Shown here piece after piece: positions 18,637 through 27,966 of a DNA stretch of 64,000 nucleotides (its first letter is position 1; the number at the start of each line of letters is the position of its first letter). A model generated the notes under the pieces. The model was given only the letters and a program-made list of their open reading frames with translations, had not been told where the DNA came from and ran no database searches. This DNA is from a virus (Duplodnaviria; Caudoviricetes). Made by a program: the position numbers and the translations under genes. Location of the stretch: positions 1 to 64,000 of the IMG/VR virus record IMGVR_UViG_3300035696_000004; one strand, written 5' to 3'.

Positions 18637-19267
18637 CTAATTTTCCTTTTTCGCTATCTGGGTCCAGAATAAACACCTTGTAATCCAAGTGCTCGGACTT
18701 AGCCAGATTGATCATGTGTTTCGTTCCCTTGGAAACGCCGTCATAAAAAGCGAATAAAGTATTGGCAACTTCTGCCATCTGCTCATTCCGGATATACCCA
18801 GCCCGCTTACCGTATTCATCCCAGTCAGCAGGCATTTCCACCCACGGGTAACCGTGCTCTTTGCACCATTTGATAATCATGGCGTCAGCACCTGTTCGTG
18901 CTTTACCGGTGATGAAAACAATGCTCTTGTCGTGGTAATAATCGTACGCAACGATATCACCCATGATTTCTGAGAAACGTGCGTAGTCGTTGATTGTCCG
19001 ACTGCCCGCCACGATAGCTGCAATATCGTAAGCCGGTATTTCCGCTACAGTGTGACGACCAAACTTGAGGTCGGTACTGAGTTCATCAGTGTCGTTTAGT
19101 ACCATGGTCATAATCGAATCAGCGCCATAAAAGGTCGCCGCCTCAATGAGTTCGCACATCGTCATCCAAAAATAATGAGTGAGATCAGTCCGACGGGAAA
19201 CCCCGTCGGACTCCATGTGCTTCAGGGGAGATGATGTTTCACCATGCACCGCAGCGGAATTTCGCAC
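18623..19267 (-). CDS. SLOG-superfamily (YspA/DUF2493-like) protein; true start may be internal
   Basis: IVAGSRTIND...ITGKARTGADAMIIKWC...PADWDEYGKRAGYIRNEQMAE...FYDGVSKGTKHMINLA is the characteristic SLOG/DUF2493 pattern. Confidence 0.8.
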   Translation of the reverse strand: MRNSAAVHGETSSPLKHMESDGVSRRTDLTHYFWMTMCELIEAATFYGADSIMTMVLNDTDELSTDLKFGRHTVAEIPAYDIAAIVAGSRTINDYARFSEIMGDIVAYDYYHDKSIVFITGKARTGADAMIIKWCKEHGYPWVEMPADWDEYGKRAGYIRNEQMAEVANTLFAFYDGVSKGTKHMINLAKSEHLDYKVFILDPDSEKGKLDAYR

Positions 19268-19521
19268 ACGATGCGTTTCCAGGACGAGATCTCGCCGGTA
19301 TCGACCAGAGAGAAGCGTTCGTTCGAGGTGTCACTTTGGAGGGCCGGATCCATGGCGCCGAAGATCAGACGTAGTTGACGATTGATCAGAAACCGCTGCA
19401 CCGGCAGCGGTGTGGAAGACTTGAGAGCATCCGGGTGCAGACCTTCTTTCCATGCGGTCGGATTCGGGTGCCCCGCTTTGACCAGTTCGGACGTAAAGAA
19501 ATCGGCCAGTAATTCATTCAT
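19222..19521 (-). CDS. Hypothetical protein
   Basis: 99 aa, GAGGTG RBS, in the operon. Confidence 0.6.
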   Translation of the reverse strand: MNELLADFFTSELVKAGHPNPTAWKEGLHPDALKSSTPLPVQRFLINRQLRLIFGAMDPALQSDTSNERFSLVDTGEISSWKRIVCEIPLRCMVKHHLP

Positions 19522-19535
19522 GATTCACCACCTCG

Positions 19536-19973
19536 TTAATTGGAATAACTGATATTGTTTTTTTCGAAGAACTGACGACTTCCCGGCGACCCGAGCTCAG
19601 CCACAAAGTCAGCTTCTGGGAACCGTTGACGCGCTTCGCGATAGAGGGTAGACCCTACACCAAAACGACGATAGATCTCTTTTACGTAGAAGCAAATCGT
19701 CGTTTTGTTATCGTGAGGCCGATATTGGAGATAACAGATCCCCATGAGATCGTACGTACCCTCAGCCAGGAGGATGGTTTCGTCCTTAGAAGGCGCTCGG
19801 AGAGCCTCGTACAGACGATTCTCCAATTGCCATCCGGGGTGATACAACCTCTCGCGTAATGCAAGCTCCGCACCATCCCGGAGATCATCCAGGTGAAGGA
19901 TGCGTATCTGGGACCTCAAAGAAGTCTGCGAGTAATACAACCGTTGAAAAAACTGTTTTAACCATCGCATCAC
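19536..19973 (-). CDS. GNAT-family acetyltransferase
   Basis: FYVKEIYRRFGVGSTLY (motif A, R-x-x-G-x-G) and C-terminal SRQFFEK; start overlaps the UvsX stop. Confidence 0.7.
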   Translation of the reverse strand: MMRWLKQFFQRLYYSQTSLRSQIRILHLDDLRDGAELALRERLYHPGWQLENRLYEALRAPSKDETILLAEGTYDLMGICYLQYRPHDNKTTICFYVKEIYRRFGVGSTLYREARQRFPEADFVAELGSPGSRQFFEKNNISYSN

Positions 19974-21409
19974 ACCGCATCCTCATTGTATTTGGGAAGA
20001 CGTTTCTTGTTTTCATCCATCCAGTAAGGATGGTATTTTCCTTTCCTCATTCGGAGCAGATCGAGCGTCGTCAGGCGCGGTACCGGATGATCGTAGTCGT
20101 TGATGGTCCACCATGGTCGGGTATTGAGCAAATCGTCCCAGTCGTACCCGAGTGCCTTGATATCATCGTACAACTCTTTCGGAGTGCACATGTATTCATC
20201 GACACTGTGCCAAAGATACGACATCTGACACATTTCGGAGGTGATGTTCAATGCGCGCCGAAAACGTTGATCGGCATCGATCATACTGCGCACCGTCGTC
20301 CGACCAAACTTCGCATTCGGATAGAGGGACATGGCGTACGAAACGTTCCCCCCTTCCAATCCGTAGTAGTCCTGCTCACGAATGTGGTTGAATTCCGTCA
20401 GGGACGGCAAGACACCTTCGGATTGAGATACCACGATGGTCAGAGGCATGCCAGACGGACCGCTTTTGCCCCGTAGGTTCGTGATCGATACCTTGTTGAG
20501 GTCAGTGTCCATCCGCATCTTGTCATTCGCGTCACGGGGGTATTCTGGGCCTTTGAGGTCCTTTGCCATCATCGGCGATGCATTGTGGCAGTTGTAGCAG
20601 TTGTGGGTAATGAACGTGAACTTGTCCGTCACCCCTTTGATCTTGTCACCATTCTTCAACGTGCGCAGTTTCTGAATGGGAACTGATCCGGCAGGACCTG
20701 CGTTCTGCATAGTGGATTCTTTACCCAGATGCGCTGTCATCAACAGGTAGTTGTACGCTGCACCATTGAGGTTCGGCGCATCCATCAGGAACCGCAACTT
20801 GGCGAGACCTTGACGCATGTGGATCGTGTTGCCGCCCGATTCACCCAGTTCATTCTTGTCGCCCATTTCGAGAACATCTTCTGTCTTGAATTCACTGAAG
20901 CTGTCCACACCGGTAAAGGTCGGCATGATGATACGGAAGTTCTCGCTTCGATCACTGTTCATGAACGGCGTTTCAACCGACAACTTGGCCGCGTTCTTAC
21001 GCTTCTCTTTCAAATAGGTCCGATGGATTTCGTACCATTCATTCCCGGTATGCTCGACATCCGATGTGATACGGTAGCGACCGATATCGATGATATCCTG
21101 ACCAAAGAACTCACGAATCCCTTGAGCCATGGTGCGCTTACGATCTTCGATGACGTTGTCTTCCGTATCGTAGAGCGTCCCTTTGGAATCTTTCATGCGG
21201 GCCATCGCGGTCATTTGCATGTAGTCGAGGATCGTCGACTTGAAGTTATTGCCGATCCCTACGAGACCCGTGAGAGTCGAGAGACCGCCATTCAGAATCA
21301 TGTCGCCGTATTTGCCCATGACGTACGTGCCGGTCGGGATATCAAACAGGCAACCGATGTTGATCATGATGCGAAGACTGGCTGGCTTAAAGGAAGGCAT
21401 CAGGTCCAT
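19970..21409 (-). CDS. uvsX: UvsX/RecA-like recombinase (phiKZ gp152-like)
   Basis: 479 aa. INIGCLFDIPTG, Walker A-like GIGNNFKST, Walker B VDSFSEF, GKSGPSG. Confidence 0.82.
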   Translation of the reverse strand: MDLMPSFKPASLRIMINIGCLFDIPTGTYVMGKYGDMILNGGLSTLTGLVGIGNNFKSTILDYMQMTAMARMKDSKGTLYDTEDNVIEDRKRTMAQGIREFFGQDIIDIGRYRITSDVEHTGNEWYEIHRTYLKEKRKNAAKLSVETPFMNSDRSENFRIIMPTFTGVDSFSEFKTEDVLEMGDKNELGESGGNTIHMRQGLAKLRFLMDAPNLNGAAYNYLLMTAHLGKESTMQNAGPAGSVPIQKLRTLKNGDKIKGVTDKFTFITHNCYNCHNASPMMAKDLKGPEYPRDANDKMRMDTDLNKVSITNLRGKSGPSGMPLTIVVSQSEGVLPSLTEFNHIREQDYYGLEGGNVSYAMSLYPNAKFGRTTVRSMIDADQRFRRALNITSEMCQMSYLWHSVDEYMCTPKELYDDIKALGYDWDDLLNTRPWWTINDYDHPVPRLTTLDLLRMRKGKYHPYWMDENKKRLPKYNEDAV

Positions 21410-21483
21410 TTTTTATTCACCAGAGTGTAGGATTTAGTCAAATGATTGAACCGCGGCGTTAAAATTAACCAAAGGATCGTCCC

Positions 21484-21496
21484 AAATGCTATGGTT
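21484..21496 (+). promoter_or_regulatory. Candidate late (nvRNAP) promoter containing TATG
   Basis: AAATGCTATGGTT upstream of a head-protein gene; nearly identical to AAATACTATGGTT at 35341. Confidence 0.4.
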
Positions 21497-21531
21497 CTCA
21501 TCTCGACTCTATATCAGTAAAGGACAATCCA

Positions 21532-22356
21532 ATGGATGCCGCATTTGTTCGTGCCCGGGATATCGCGGCACTCGAAGCTTTTCAATTTGGTGCTGTCAAT
21601 GTCAGCAGCTTGCTGGAACGTGTACTACCGACTCTGACGACCGGGATTGCTGGTTTCGTGGGGCGTTTCTCGGCTACCGATCACGGCGTCAAACTGAAAG
21701 CCAATCGTTACGAGTTTGTCAAAGAACTCACGACCCACAAGTACATGGATCTGGCACCTATCACTTCGTACGTGCCGGAAGGTCTCGACAAGACGTATCT
21801 CGAATACGGCGCTGTTCTCAAAGCGGCGGCTGACCACGCCTCTCATGTCGAGGAGTATCTCGCTGACGTATCGAGCTATCTCGGCGGCATCCTGAGCAAT
21901 CGAGATAACCGCATGGGCGGAAAGAGCAAGATCCCGAAATACATCGGGATCGAAAAAGAACGAAACGAACTCAATGAATCACTCGGGCATTGCTTCAAAA
22001 ACGGTTCGACTCGGGCAGAAGTCGCCTACAGCGAAGTGGTAGACCGCAACAACGACTGGCTCCATGTGTTCGATCTGGTAGACAGCATCTCCAGAATGAT
22101 GAACGCGGTGAATCGGAAGCGCCTGAATGATCGCGCAACGGATGCCGTGAACATGTTGACCAAGATCATGGAACTGCATAAGAAGGGTGAACTAGAAGGT
22201 CTCGCCCCCGAAGTCATCGGCGAGCTCTCCGAAGGCACCTTCCAAGCTGCTTGCGAGCTGGAGTTCTTTGCGATCGTGTACTATCGGTCCATGAACCTCG
22301 CGAGCTGCGTGGATAACACGGTCGATAACATCCGCCGCATCATTTCTCAAAAGTGA
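21532..22356 (+). CDS. Virion head protein (phiKZ gp153-like)
   Basis: 274 aa, AAGGA RBS, N-terminal protease-type site IAALEAF; divergent from uvsX as in phiKZ. Confidence 0.65.
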   Translation: MDAAFVRARDIAALEAFQFGAVNVSSLLERVLPTLTTGIAGFVGRFSATDHGVKLKANRYEFVKELTTHKYMDLAPITSYVPEGLDKTYLEYGAVLKAAADHASHVEEYLADVSSYLGGILSNRDNRMGGKSKIPKYIGIEKERNELNESLGHCFKNGSTRAEVAYSEVVDRNNDWLHVFDLVDSISRMMNAVNRKRLNDRATDAVNMLTKIMELHKKGELEGLAPEVIGELSEGTFQAACELEFFAIVYYRSMNLASCVDNTVDNIRRIISQK

Positions 22357-22359
22357 GAG

Positions 22360-22396
22360 CATACGACCCCGGGGCTTTCGCTCCGGGGTCTATGAC
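22360..22396. terminator. Hairpin, CATA...TATG family
   Basis: cata-c-gaccccggggc-tttc-gctccggggtc-tatgac between convergent genes. Confidence 0.7.
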
Positions 22397-22401
22397 GGCC
22401 A

Positions 22402-22854
22402 TTAGCCGAATATCTCACCCCTGTTCTGGATGAGGAGTCGCAGATCTTTTTCCAGATTGTTTCCGGCGTTGTCATCACCATACTGAAGCCAGGTAGGGAT
22501 CTTCAACTTGATCTTCTCGACGATACTCGACAGAATCATTTCGGAATCCGTCTCGTGCGTATTGAAGAGAATGGAAAGATCATTGATTACCTGATCATCC
22601 CAGATCACCTGACTGATGGTTGCTGAGAACTTCATCGCCTTTTCACGTCGGCACAAATTGAAAAGGGAATTCAACTTCTTCAGCGTTTCCGGATTGACTT
22701 CACAATACTTGGAATTGTTTGGCTTGCACATCCCGTAGCGCGCCACACCGGCAGAGAACGATGCCAGAAATAAGACGCGCTTGGTATGCAGCGGGAGCCG
22801 TGATTTAAGAAAGGACGCAAACCCGGATCGAACCGGGGCTGGAATCCGTGACAT
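22402..22854 (-). CDS. Hypothetical protein
   Basis: Start moved to ATG 22854 (AGGAG RBS). Confidence 0.55.
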   Translation of the reverse strand: MSRIPAPVRSGFASFLKSRLPLHTKRVLFLASFSAGVARYGMCKPNNSKYCEVNPETLKKLNSLFNLCRREKAMKFSATISQVIWDDQVINDLSILFNTHETDSEMILSSIVEKIKLKIPTWLQYGDDNAGNNLEKDLRLLIQNRGEIFG

Positions 22855-22899
22855 GGCGATACTCCTGCCGTGACATCCCGCCACGGCATTGCAAAGGCG

Positions 22900-24504
22900 T
22901 TAGATAAACCGCACGTTGCTGTGGTAACCGCACCAGATGCCGATATCGTCACCCGCCTCGATGATCGTCGCATAACGGAAAGCGAGTTCAGAGACTTCCC
23001 AACTCACAATCGTAACACGCGGGTTCAGAGGAGAGAGCCTGTTCAGTGCGTTTCGATCAGGCATGTCGATACCGAGGGTGAAGATCACATCAACTGCACC
23101 AGAACGTTCCCCTACTGCATAGTTTGTTTGTGTTTTGAGCGCAGCAAAGCCCACTTTGTATTCAGGCTTCAGATGCATTGAGAAAGATTCCTCGACCACC
23201 TCTACCTCAGCTTCATCCGCTGCGGCTTTCTTGGCTTTCGGCACTTTCTTCGGTTTTTGTGAAACCGACTCATACAAAACACTCGTGATGTCCGTACAAG
23301 TCAGGGTCGGATCACTCAGCTTGAAGCGTTGAAGAACCCCGCCCATTTCCGAAATCGCATCGATGGCTCGCATTGCGATGCCTTCCGGATTTTGTTCCTT
23401 CATCAGCGGTTCTTTATCGAGACACAAGAGCTCGATATTGCGCTGACCACGACGAATGAGAGAGGTCTCTCCGTACAGCTCAACATCTCGATAGACAGCC
23501 GGTGAGAACAGCTTGTCGAGCTTGACGAGCATGAGGCTGTCATTGTCTTTCGCCAGGTATTGCGCGTATTCGATCAGCTGCTCCATAATGGGTTGCGGCT
23601 TCGAGAGCTCGATGATTGAGAAGCTACCATCGGAAATGCGCGTACCCAGGTGATCGTCTTCTTTCCCGTGTTCTCCCAGGTAGTATTCGCCAGGCTTGCG
23701 TTCCGTATCCTGCGTCGTAAAGTACATGCGACGATTGTAGATGAAGGGATGTTTCTCGATCTCTGGTTTCCAGTACCCTTGGGCAGGGGAAGAATTCATC
23801 GTGTGGATCGGGGCACCGGACCAGCGAGGCTCGCGACGCAATGCTGATACAACAGTGCCTTGGGTGGCTGCTTTATCTGCCAGCACATTCCCAATGTTGA
23901 TGCCTTCACCCGGTTTCTTGTTCAGACCGTCCGTGTGGCTGCGTACCCAGGTGAAATTCACCGTGACGCCACGGGCACGGAGTTCTTCGGTCACCGCCAT
24001 CAGCTTTTCGAAGTGCTCACGGTTCGGAACGGGTGTGAAGCCATCCCGTTTCTTCCAGTTGTTCTTGACCCAGTTGCTGATCCACTGGTTCATGGACTGG
24101 ACCACGTAGTTGCTGTCCGTGTAAATCTGGATGAATTCGACGTCGTAATCCCGAGCGTACTCGAGCGCTTTGGTCGCCGCTACGATTTCAGCGACATTGT
24201 TGGTTTCATCACGAGTGAACCCGCCAGAACCATCCACGTAATGGATCGGAGTGACTTCATGAGCCGCCCGAACATTGCTGGTGACAAACTTCTCCCACAG
24301 CTCATCCGTGATAGGAACCATCGAACCCTTGAACGTTGCCTTATCGACATAACCAGCCGTCGTGATCAAGTACTTCGTGTTACCGCTGCCTTTCTTAGGG
24401 GCTTCGGCCGAGAACATGTAACCGTGAATACCCCAGCCAGCCGGACCGGGGTTGGTTGGAGCACTACCACCATCGCTATAAATGATAAAACCGTTGGACA
24501 TCAC
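22900..24504 (-). CDS. rnhA: RNase HI-domain protein (phiKZ gp155-like)
   Basis: IYSDGGSAPTNPGPAGWG, TNNVAE, IYTDSNYV, WVRSH, GNVLADKAA; extended C-terminal domain. Confidence 0.88.
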   Translation of the reverse strand: MMSNGFIIYSDGGSAPTNPGPAGWGIHGYMFSAEAPKKGSGNTKYLITTAGYVDKATFKGSMVPITDELWEKFVTSNVRAAHEVTPIHYVDGSGGFTRDETNNVAEIVAATKALEYARDYDVEFIQIYTDSNYVVQSMNQWISNWVKNNWKKRDGFTPVPNREHFEKLMAVTEELRARGVTVNFTWVRSHTDGLNKKPGEGINIGNVLADKAATQGTVVSALRREPRWSGAPIHTMNSSPAQGYWKPEIEKHPFIYNRRMYFTTQDTERKPGEYYLGEHGKEDDHLGTRISDGSFSIIELSKPQPIMEQLIEYAQYLAKDNDSLMLVKLDKLFSPAVYRDVELYGETSLIRRGQRNIELLCLDKEPLMKEQNPEGIAMRAIDAISEMGGVLQRFKLSDPTLTCTDITSVLYESVSQKPKKVPKAKKAAADEAEVEVVEESFSMHLKPEYKVGFAALKTQTNYAVGERSGAVDVIFTLGIDMPDRNALNRLSPLNPRVTIVSWEVSELAFRYATIIEAGDDIGIWCGYHSNVRFI

Positions 24505-24564
24505 TGACCCCTTGAATGATTGGTGCTACACAAACTATTGAGTCAGCCAATAAAAAGACACTCC

Positions 24565-24897
24565 TCATCGAATCTCGGTAAAGGGGTTCCAACCCGTTAC
24601 AGTACCTGTCGAGGGAGAAACGCTATACGTGCCTCCTGGCGGGACAGGGAAACAAACTGTCACGAGGGATCCAACCGCCGCAGATTGTGACGAGCTTTGC
24701 ATAGTGACCCCGTTAACGACCGCGATCAGATAAGCACCTGCAACAGACATATTGGCCGAAGCACTCACTGTAATTTGTCGAGGCGTGTTGTTTGGGTACG
24801 TCGTCCCAGGAACGCGAGTCGTGAGCGAGTAGTTTATCGGAGATTGTGCAACTTGAAGCATCGCCAGCGCGTAAGCTGATTGAGCAGCTTGTGTCAT
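24565..24897 (-). CDS. Small beta-rich protein resembling tail-fibre C-terminal domains
   Basis: 110 aa; TYPNNTPRQITVS...CFPVPPGGTYSV...W..FTEIR pattern; GGGG RBS. Confidence 0.45.
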   Translation of the reverse strand: MTQAAQSAYALAMLQVAQSPINYSLTTRVPGTTYPNNTPRQITVSASANMSVAGAYLIAVVNGVTMQSSSQSAAVGSLVTVCFPVPPGGTYSVSPSTGTVTGWNPFTEIR

Positions 24898-24912
24898 GAT
24901 ACGTTCCCCAAC

Positions 24913-25347
24913 TCATCGAGAAGGTTTTGTGAAATTCACGCACTTGATCAGGTATCGCTCCTTGGCATCTTGCTGAATCTTCTTGACGGTGGCGATATAC
25001 TGTCGCAATTCATCAATATGCTTCATCATGAGGTTATCGATACCGATCTGATCCGTATGGTTCAAACGCTTGAGCGCGTCGATAGGGAGCTCCGGTGTAG
25101 GAGGGAGCGCAGGAAACTCAAATCGAGGACACATGTCTTTGGTCAGAGAGGATTCCTTTACATACACTGGATGAACCACAATCTTTGGCGGAACCGGTGG
25201 CGGTAGCGAGGGCAGGGGTGGAGGTCTCAATGCAGGATCCCTCGCATCCAAGATAAAGGTGTCATGGTACGACACCTCCGTCTTATTGGTGGTAAAGTTA
25301 CCACACCCCAACAAGGTCAGGGAAATAAACATCACGTATTTTTTCAT
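24913..25347 (-). CDS. Lipoprotein, o-spanin-like
   Basis: Signal peptide II MKKYVMFISLTLLG-C, Pro-rich linker PPPLPSLPPPVPP, C-terminal helix; GAGG RBS. Confidence 0.6.
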   Translation of the reverse strand: MKKYVMFISLTLLGCGNFTTNKTEVSYHDTFILDARDPALRPPPLPSLPPPVPPKIVVHPVYVKESSLTKDMCPRFEFPALPPTPELPIDALKRLNHTDQIGIDNLMMKHIDELRQYIATVKKIQQDAKERYLIKCVNFTKPSR

Positions 25348-25358
25348 AGAGACCTCGC

Positions 25359-25727
25359 TTAGCGTGCACCCGAATGTTTCTCGGAGTCTCGCAGCTTCAA
25401 CATTTGATCTTCCACCGCATTGAAAGTGTTGTCCTGTGTCGGCGATTCAGCAACCGGAGCACTTTCTTGCTTCGGGTACACGACTGCCGGCGACTGGGAA
25501 ACGAGTTCAGGCTTGCAGACCTTGGCCAGATGTATCTGAGCGGATGAGATGCTCACCAGGCGAATAAACTGCCAGATATTCAAACCAAACGAACCCGTGA
25601 TCATGATGACCAGAAAGACCGCTTTCTTGTTGGAGTGAATGGCCTCCAAGAAGGTTTTCTTACCAATGACCATTTCCCAAAGGAAAGGCCAAAAGGTTTC
25701 GAGTATTTTCCAAATAAACCCCGTCAT
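25359..25727 (-). CDS. Membrane protein (i-spanin- or holin-like)
   Basis: Hydrophobic segment AVFLVIMITGSFGLNIWQFI; AAGGA RBS; directly upstream of the lipoprotein. Confidence 0.55.
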   Translation of the reverse strand: MTGFIWKILETFWPFLWEMVIGKKTFLEAIHSNKKAVFLVIMITGSFGLNIWQFIRLVSISSAQIHLAKVCKPELVSQSPAVVYPKQESAPVAESPTQDNTFNAVEDQMLKLRDSEKHSGAR

Positions 25728-25750
25728 TATTGCTTCCTTGCGTTCGACGC

Positions 25751-25762
25751 CAATTTTATGAT
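25751..25762 (+). promoter_or_regulatory. Candidate late promoter containing TATG
   Basis: CAATTTTATGAT, identical 12-mer to 61074-61085; both precede structural genes. Confidence 0.4.
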
Positions 25763-25842
25763 TGCCGTCATTCAGCTATTGTAATGCTGACGTGATTAAA
25801 CGTCAACATCTTTTATTGATCAAAACCTCCCGGGATAAAATC

Positions 25843-27150
25843 ATGTACGTATTAAAAGGTTTCGTGGCGAATGCGCTCTTTGCCAATAACAACCCCGGCA
25901 CAGTAGCCACCTTTGGCGAACTGTCGACCCAGTCGTCGACGTACACGAACTCCATGGGGGTTTATGTGGCGTCGGATGTGGCGAATCTGACACTCAATAC
26001 GTTTCTGAGCGCGACTGATGGCGTGACGACGGCGCTGGACGCTACGCTCAAAGAGCAGGTCCTGACGATCGCTCAATGGCTCTACACCAAGAGCATCAAT
26101 ACCGCAGGTCAATTGGATGCTGACGATCTTCTCACCCAATTGCTCACCGGGTTCTCGTCGGTTGCGTCGAGCTTTGCATCGGGCAGCATGGTGAACAACG
26201 GCACGTACTACATGCCGGAATGGATCAGTTTCACCTACAACGCTTTGAGCGGGAGCTTCATCAAGATCTGGTTCTGCGATGCCAGTTTCCAGACTCAGTA
26301 CGACGAGTACAACATCACGGTGGTCCCGCCATTCTCTGCACTGGATGCTGTATTCTTCGGCGGAGCCAGTGTGGTTAAAGCTGATGCCGCTGCTTCGACC
26401 TGGAAGACACAGACCGAAACGATCCAGACAGCTCGTAACGGAAATCCCGAGACCTCACTCGTCGGGATGACGTATGACTACGTGGATCCGACGGATTCCA
26501 CCAATTTGATCCCAACCAACTGGGCTACTTTGATTTACGGTACGGTCGGTGACAATATCGATTCGATCAAATCGGCTTTGCAGACATACATCCTGGCAAA
26601 TTCGACGCACACCCAATCTGAATGGACAGCGATCCTGCCGGATATCTTCAAGACGACGGAATTCATCTTGGTTCCTCGATACGACCAATACGCCATCGCT
26701 GACCGCGCAATCGAGGCCGGAGTTTACAGTCCGATCACGAACATAGCAGCTGGTATAGCCGAAATTGCGAAATACGCATTTCCGGCATCGACGTATCCGT
26801 CGGCTCATATTAATTCCTACGCCTGCGATATGGGACACCCGTACAAGTCGCTGAATATCCTGTCCATCGGTAGCAATCAGAACCAGAACAACCAGTACCA
26901 GCTGACACAATTGTTCGCTGATTTCATCGCTGTTTCGACGTCGTCCACCGACTTCAGTCGAATGAGCACGACCACCCAAGCATGGGCTGAACTCCTGTCC
27001 GAGCTTCTGATCGCGGCAGAAACGGCTACCGCGTACAGTTCGTTGCCGACTGGGATGACACGCTTGACGCGTAATGGGATTCTGTATGTGGTCGCCGATT
27101 ACAACAACATCCAGTACCTCGTCGTTGCCAAGAGCAACTTCAGTTCCTGA
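25843..27150 (+). CDS. Virion structural protein (phiKZ gp157-like)
   Basis: Start moved to ATG 25843 (MYVLKGF). TFGELS, MPEWI, KIWFCD, LPDIFKTTEFILVP motifs; synteny with the RNase H block. Confidence 0.65.
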   Translation: MYVLKGFVANALFANNNPGTVATFGELSTQSSTYTNSMGVYVASDVANLTLNTFLSATDGVTTALDATLKEQVLTIAQWLYTKSINTAGQLDADDLLTQLLTGFSSVASSFASGSMVNNGTYYMPEWISFTYNALSGSFIKIWFCDASFQTQYDEYNITVVPPFSALDAVFFGGASVVKADAAASTWKTQTETIQTARNGNPETSLVGMTYDYVDPTDSTNLIPTNWATLIYGTVGDNIDSIKSALQTYILANSTHTQSEWTAILPDIFKTTEFILVPRYDQYAIADRAIEAGVYSPITNIAAGIAEIAKYAFPASTYPSAHINSYACDMGHPYKSLNILSIGSNQNQNNQYQLTQLFADFIAVSTSSTDFSRMSTTTQAWAELLSELLIAAETATAYSSLPTGMTRLTRNGILYVVADYNNIQYLVVAKSNFSS

Positions 27151-27160
27151 GGAGTGACAT

Positions 27161-27817
27161 ATGGCAACCGCTATTGTCCCGAGTATCAATAGTTCCGGTA
27201 TCTTTACGTTGGCGGCGCCTTTTGAAGCGATGCTGACAGCCGGAATGAGTTATACCTGTCGTGCAGTGCGTACCATTGCTGACTTGGTGGCTGACGGAAA
27301 AGACCCGTACACGGATACTTACGTCGCGAATGGCTTGACACAAACACAATACAACACGGACGTGGCAAACGGCGTGTGCATTGTGAGTCTGGCTCCGACG
27401 TCAACCAGTGGGACGACAGTGTACGTGCCGAGCAGCTTCATTACGGCACTTCCGTCTTCGGGTGGTGTGAATTATCAGATTCTGGGTTTGTTGGTGAATA
27501 TGGGGGCGTTACCCGTTAGCACCGACTTGACGTATCTCAAAACTCAGATTTCCGAGATTGTTCAAAACACAATCGGATCGACCCCGACGTTGACGGCTGC
27601 CAAGTTGTCTGCTGTCAGCCTTCTATCATCGGCAGATGATGCCAAATACCAGGCGGCTCGCGCCCTACTGATCAGCAGTAGCCAGACAAACCTCGCTAAA
27701 GCATTAACGAATGAAGCAGCCTTGGCGAGTGCTACGCAGAAAATCACCGCTCTCGAAGCGTACATTGTTCAGTTGAATGCCGAGATCACGACGCTCAAGG
27801 CGTCGGGGAGTACTTAG
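27161..27817 (+). CDS. Virion structural protein with C-terminal coiled coil
   Basis: 218 aa, GAGGAG RBS; PSINSSGIFTLAAPF...YTCRAVRTIADL. Confidence 0.6.
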   Translation: MATAIVPSINSSGIFTLAAPFEAMLTAGMSYTCRAVRTIADLVADGKDPYTDTYVANGLTQTQYNTDVANGVCIVSLAPTSTSGTTVYVPSSFITALPSSGGVNYQILGLLVNMGALPVSTDLTYLKTQISEIVQNTIGSTPTLTAAKLSAVSLLSSADDAKYQAARALLISSSQTNLAKALTNEAALASATQKITALEAYIVQLNAEITTLKASGST

Positions 27818-27842
27818 CACTATAACTGAAAGAGAGCCGGAC

Positions 27843-27920
27843 ATGCAGACAGTAGGGTACAGTGTGGTAGTGGTATTGTATCTCGTGTGGGTTTGGATCT
27901 TGACACTACCACCTTTTTAA
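27843..27920 (+). CDS. Small hydrophobic peptide MQTVGYSVVVVLYLVWVWILTLPPF
   Basis: Hand-found 25-codon ORF filling the gap between the upstream gene and the hairpin; one TM helix; weak GAGAG RBS. Confidence 0.4.
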   Translation: MQTVGYSVVVVLYLVWVWILTLPPF

Positions 27921-27922
27921 CG

Positions 27923-27961
27923 GTCATAGCCCCAGGAGCTTTCGCTCCTGGGGTATATGTC
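27923..27961. terminator. Hairpin, CATA...TATG family
   Basis: gtcatag-ccccaggagc-tttc-gctcctgggg-tatatgt between convergent genes. Confidence 0.7.
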
Positions 27962-27966
27962 GCGAG

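Noticed and set aside
22866-22888. tgccgtg/cacggca stem next to the RBS of 22402-22854
   Set aside because: 7-bp stem with a 9-nt loop; could occlude the RBS but cannot be told from chance.
27864-27912. 9-bp long-range stem gtggtagtg/cactaccac, considered as an ncRNA
   Set aside because: Large loop and no recognisable RNA family; the region is better explained by the small ORF.
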